The notes below the pieces were generated by a model. It made no database searches, had not been told where the DNA came from, and was given only the letters and a program-made list of their open reading frames with translations. Positions 61,942 to 64,000 of a stretch of 64,000 nt of DNA are shown piece after piece. Position numbers and translations under genes: made by a program. How positions within the stretch are numbered: the stretch's first letter is position 1; every line of letters begins with the position of its first letter. Origin of the DNA: Thalia democratica (lineage: Eukaryota); NCBI GenBank assembly GCA_965202585.1, contig OZ241830.1, positions 41,354,001 through 41,418,000 on the forward strand, read 5' to 3'.

Positions 61942-62222
61942 CACAGCGACAAAATGACACGGTGCGTCACCTTGGCACGGTGCGTCACTTTGGCACGGAG
62001 GGTCACTTTTGCACGGCTTCATTTTAGCACGGTGGGTCACTTTGGCATAGCGACAAAACGACACGGTGCGTCACTTTGGCACGGTGTGTCATTTTGGCAC
62101 AGCGACAAAATTACACGGTACGTCACTTTAGCACGGAGGGTCACTTTAGCACAGCGAAAAAATGACACGGTACGTCACTTTGGCACGGAGGGTCACTTTA
62201 GCACAGCGACAAAATGACACGG
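61942..62222. repeat. Interleaved 18-bp / 16-bp tandem array (probable MULE subterminal repeats)
   Basis: Ten CACGGWRSGTCACTTTRG-type 18-mers and six CACAGCGACAAAATGA-type 16-mers, forming a 52-bp higher-order unit in the right half; adjoins the MULE transposase remnant. Confidence 0.85.
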
Positions 62223-62496
62223 TTGTTAATAAGGGAGGGAACGATTTATTGTGAAACTTCAATCTTCATTGGTATGGACAACGATCTTATTTTTCTAGGA
62301 AACTGTTCGGTTTCCTGTCTTCTAACCGGTTTTGTAGAATCAGCAGCAATCACATTGGTTAACTTTAAAAACAAAGACCGCAGGTAGTTTTGATTGTGAC
62401 TTCATAAAATGAAGTGAAACACGTAATGTTTATACCTTCTATTGTCCATCGTCGTACTTATAAACAATATACTCATTTTTAAGCAGTAGCAAAGTG

Positions 62497-63031
62497 TTAG
62501 ATGTGCTTAAAAGCTGTGCTTAATAAACGACAAATAATTATTTGTATCAAACAACGTTCACAATGATGCAAAAGCAGCAACTTTTTTAACAAACTACGAC
62601 TGCCAAAATAAAAGGGAATATATTTTTGACTTCTTTCTAATGGAAGACAGTAAAGTACAGGTACTGCTCGACCCCTTCTCTTGCCAATGATTGCTACGCA
62701 CTGGGAAAACTTTGGGGGAGCCATCTTGAAGGTACCGTCTACGAAGATGCAGTCACTTTCAGTCAAAATGCTTTGCAAAGCTTCTCTAAATAAGTACAAA
62801 TTAGTTAAAACTCTATTCGTAAGTTAATTATTTAAGAAACTAATTGATTTAAAATCAAAACCTTCCGAAAATCAGTATTCTATTTGGAACATTTCCACTG
62901 TCGCCTAACAGAAATTTTTCGTCAAGGTTATTTCCTGTGTACCGTTTTATGTATGCAGGTATTACAATATCTTGAATATTGTCAGCAATCGGAGAGTGGA
63001 CGTGGTTAGCTTTTTCTGAAGTTTTAAACAA
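62497..63031 (-). pseudogene. Decayed Mutator-like (MULE) transposase with a spliceosomal intron
   Basis: Exon 63031-62862 (..EKFLLGDSGNVPNRILIFG), 76-nt GT-AG intron 62861-62786, then R-EALQSILTESDCIFVDGTFKMAPPKFSQCVAIIG..AVPVLYCL; matches the recalled MULE DDE domain start (FLLxDSG..RILIF..DGTFK..P..F.Q..VP..Y.L). The frame degenerates after about 62620. Confidence 0.8.
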
Positions 63032-64000
63032 CTATATTGTAAAACAAGAAAAGGTTGAATATAAAAGTAAAATTTCTATAAAAAAAAATGTTTATTAAAA
63101 ATAAACTGAATGTTTATATAGTTATAACTATAAATTTTAAAGTCTCTTCTAAAATTATTTTACTCACGTTGCTGCCCTTTTCAAAGGTTTTTATTTGGGT
63201 AAAGACCCTTTTACAGACAAAGGAACTTGATGTAGGGCTGTACTTACAAGTCCCTTAGGATTCGCACTTGGAACTAACACTAACATAAAGTAAAATTAGT
63301 TTAGGAACAAAACATAAAGCTCTACACATTTACTTGCTTAACACAAAACTTAACATAAAAACTAAAAATTTGAAATTCTTATTACACAATCACTGAGAAG
63401 TATTGTAAAAAATAAACAAACAATAATAACTGTTCACGACTTTCATTTGCAAAACTAAGTTTTAACCTTTAGGGGATTTTCAATTACAATATAAATCTGA
63501 AAAAATTAAGTTAAACAGTTCATGGAGGGTACTACAAAGCAAAATAAAACAAGTAAACTAAAGTTAGTAATTTTAAAATTATGCTTGATAGGAACTAATC
63601 ATGATTTTTAAAAGAATAATAAATAAACACTATTGGAATATGCTGTTAAATTACTGAACTTGAAACTGTTATAATTAAAAATATGTATAAAACAAGCTAC
63701 TTACAAACTATAGTATACAGAGAAACTTTTAGGTCTGTAAAACGAAACTTACTTATACTGAATGTAAAACTTTTTACTTAAAAAAAAATACTAGCTTAAA
63801 GGTTTAATTATAACATACAAAGGATTTGAGGTAAATTTTTTAACCTAAAAAGCATTACTAACTTGAAGGTAAAAACTAAATAAATTTAAAATATAACAGA
63901 CAAAGGATTTGAGTCTCTAATTTAAAAAAAATAATTAGACAGAATAAATTGTTAACTGTAAAAAACTTTATAGCTTTAACTTTACAAAAAAACTTGTAAC

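Noticed and set aside
61954-62217. 87-aa repetitive ORF or CRISPR-like array
   Set aside because: The ORF is a translation of the tandem array; the units have no unique spacers and the context is eukaryotic.

Overview
This is AT-rich animal genomic DNA with spliceosomal introns; the lineage cannot be fixed from sequence, though a tunicate-like invertebrate is a weak inference. Four co-directional + strand genes could be rebuilt exon by exon with consistent splice phases: (1) the 3' part of a very large CENP-F orthologue (open at base 1, at least 4,614 aa in the window, C-terminal EGLP..V..GF..IP.G..SP.V.RR motif, CaaX end CKIQ); (2) CCDC93; (3) TYW5; (4) IBTK. Introns of the CENP-F gene hold six tRNA genes (3 identical intron-containing Tyr-GTA, two of them as an inverted duplication, 2 Leu-CAG, 1 Lys-CTT), each with a TATA-like hexamer at exactly -31. 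Non-coding DNA carries many MITEs (hAT, Kolobok-type, Tc1/mariner-type and an unplaced 6-bp-TSD family), a LINE 3' fragment and a decayed intron-containing MULE transposase. The most notable signals are: a hammerhead ribozyme motif with a complete catalytic core in an IBTK intron, plus a decayed second copy; unpaired splice acceptors just upstream of three consecutive start codons (possible SL trans-splicing or operon); GTT-dominated 5' splice sites (32 of 49); a 14-bp duplication of an IBTK splice acceptor; and candidate splice switches in the CENP-F tail. All identifications rest on manual reading and recalled family motifs. No database search or folding program was run.
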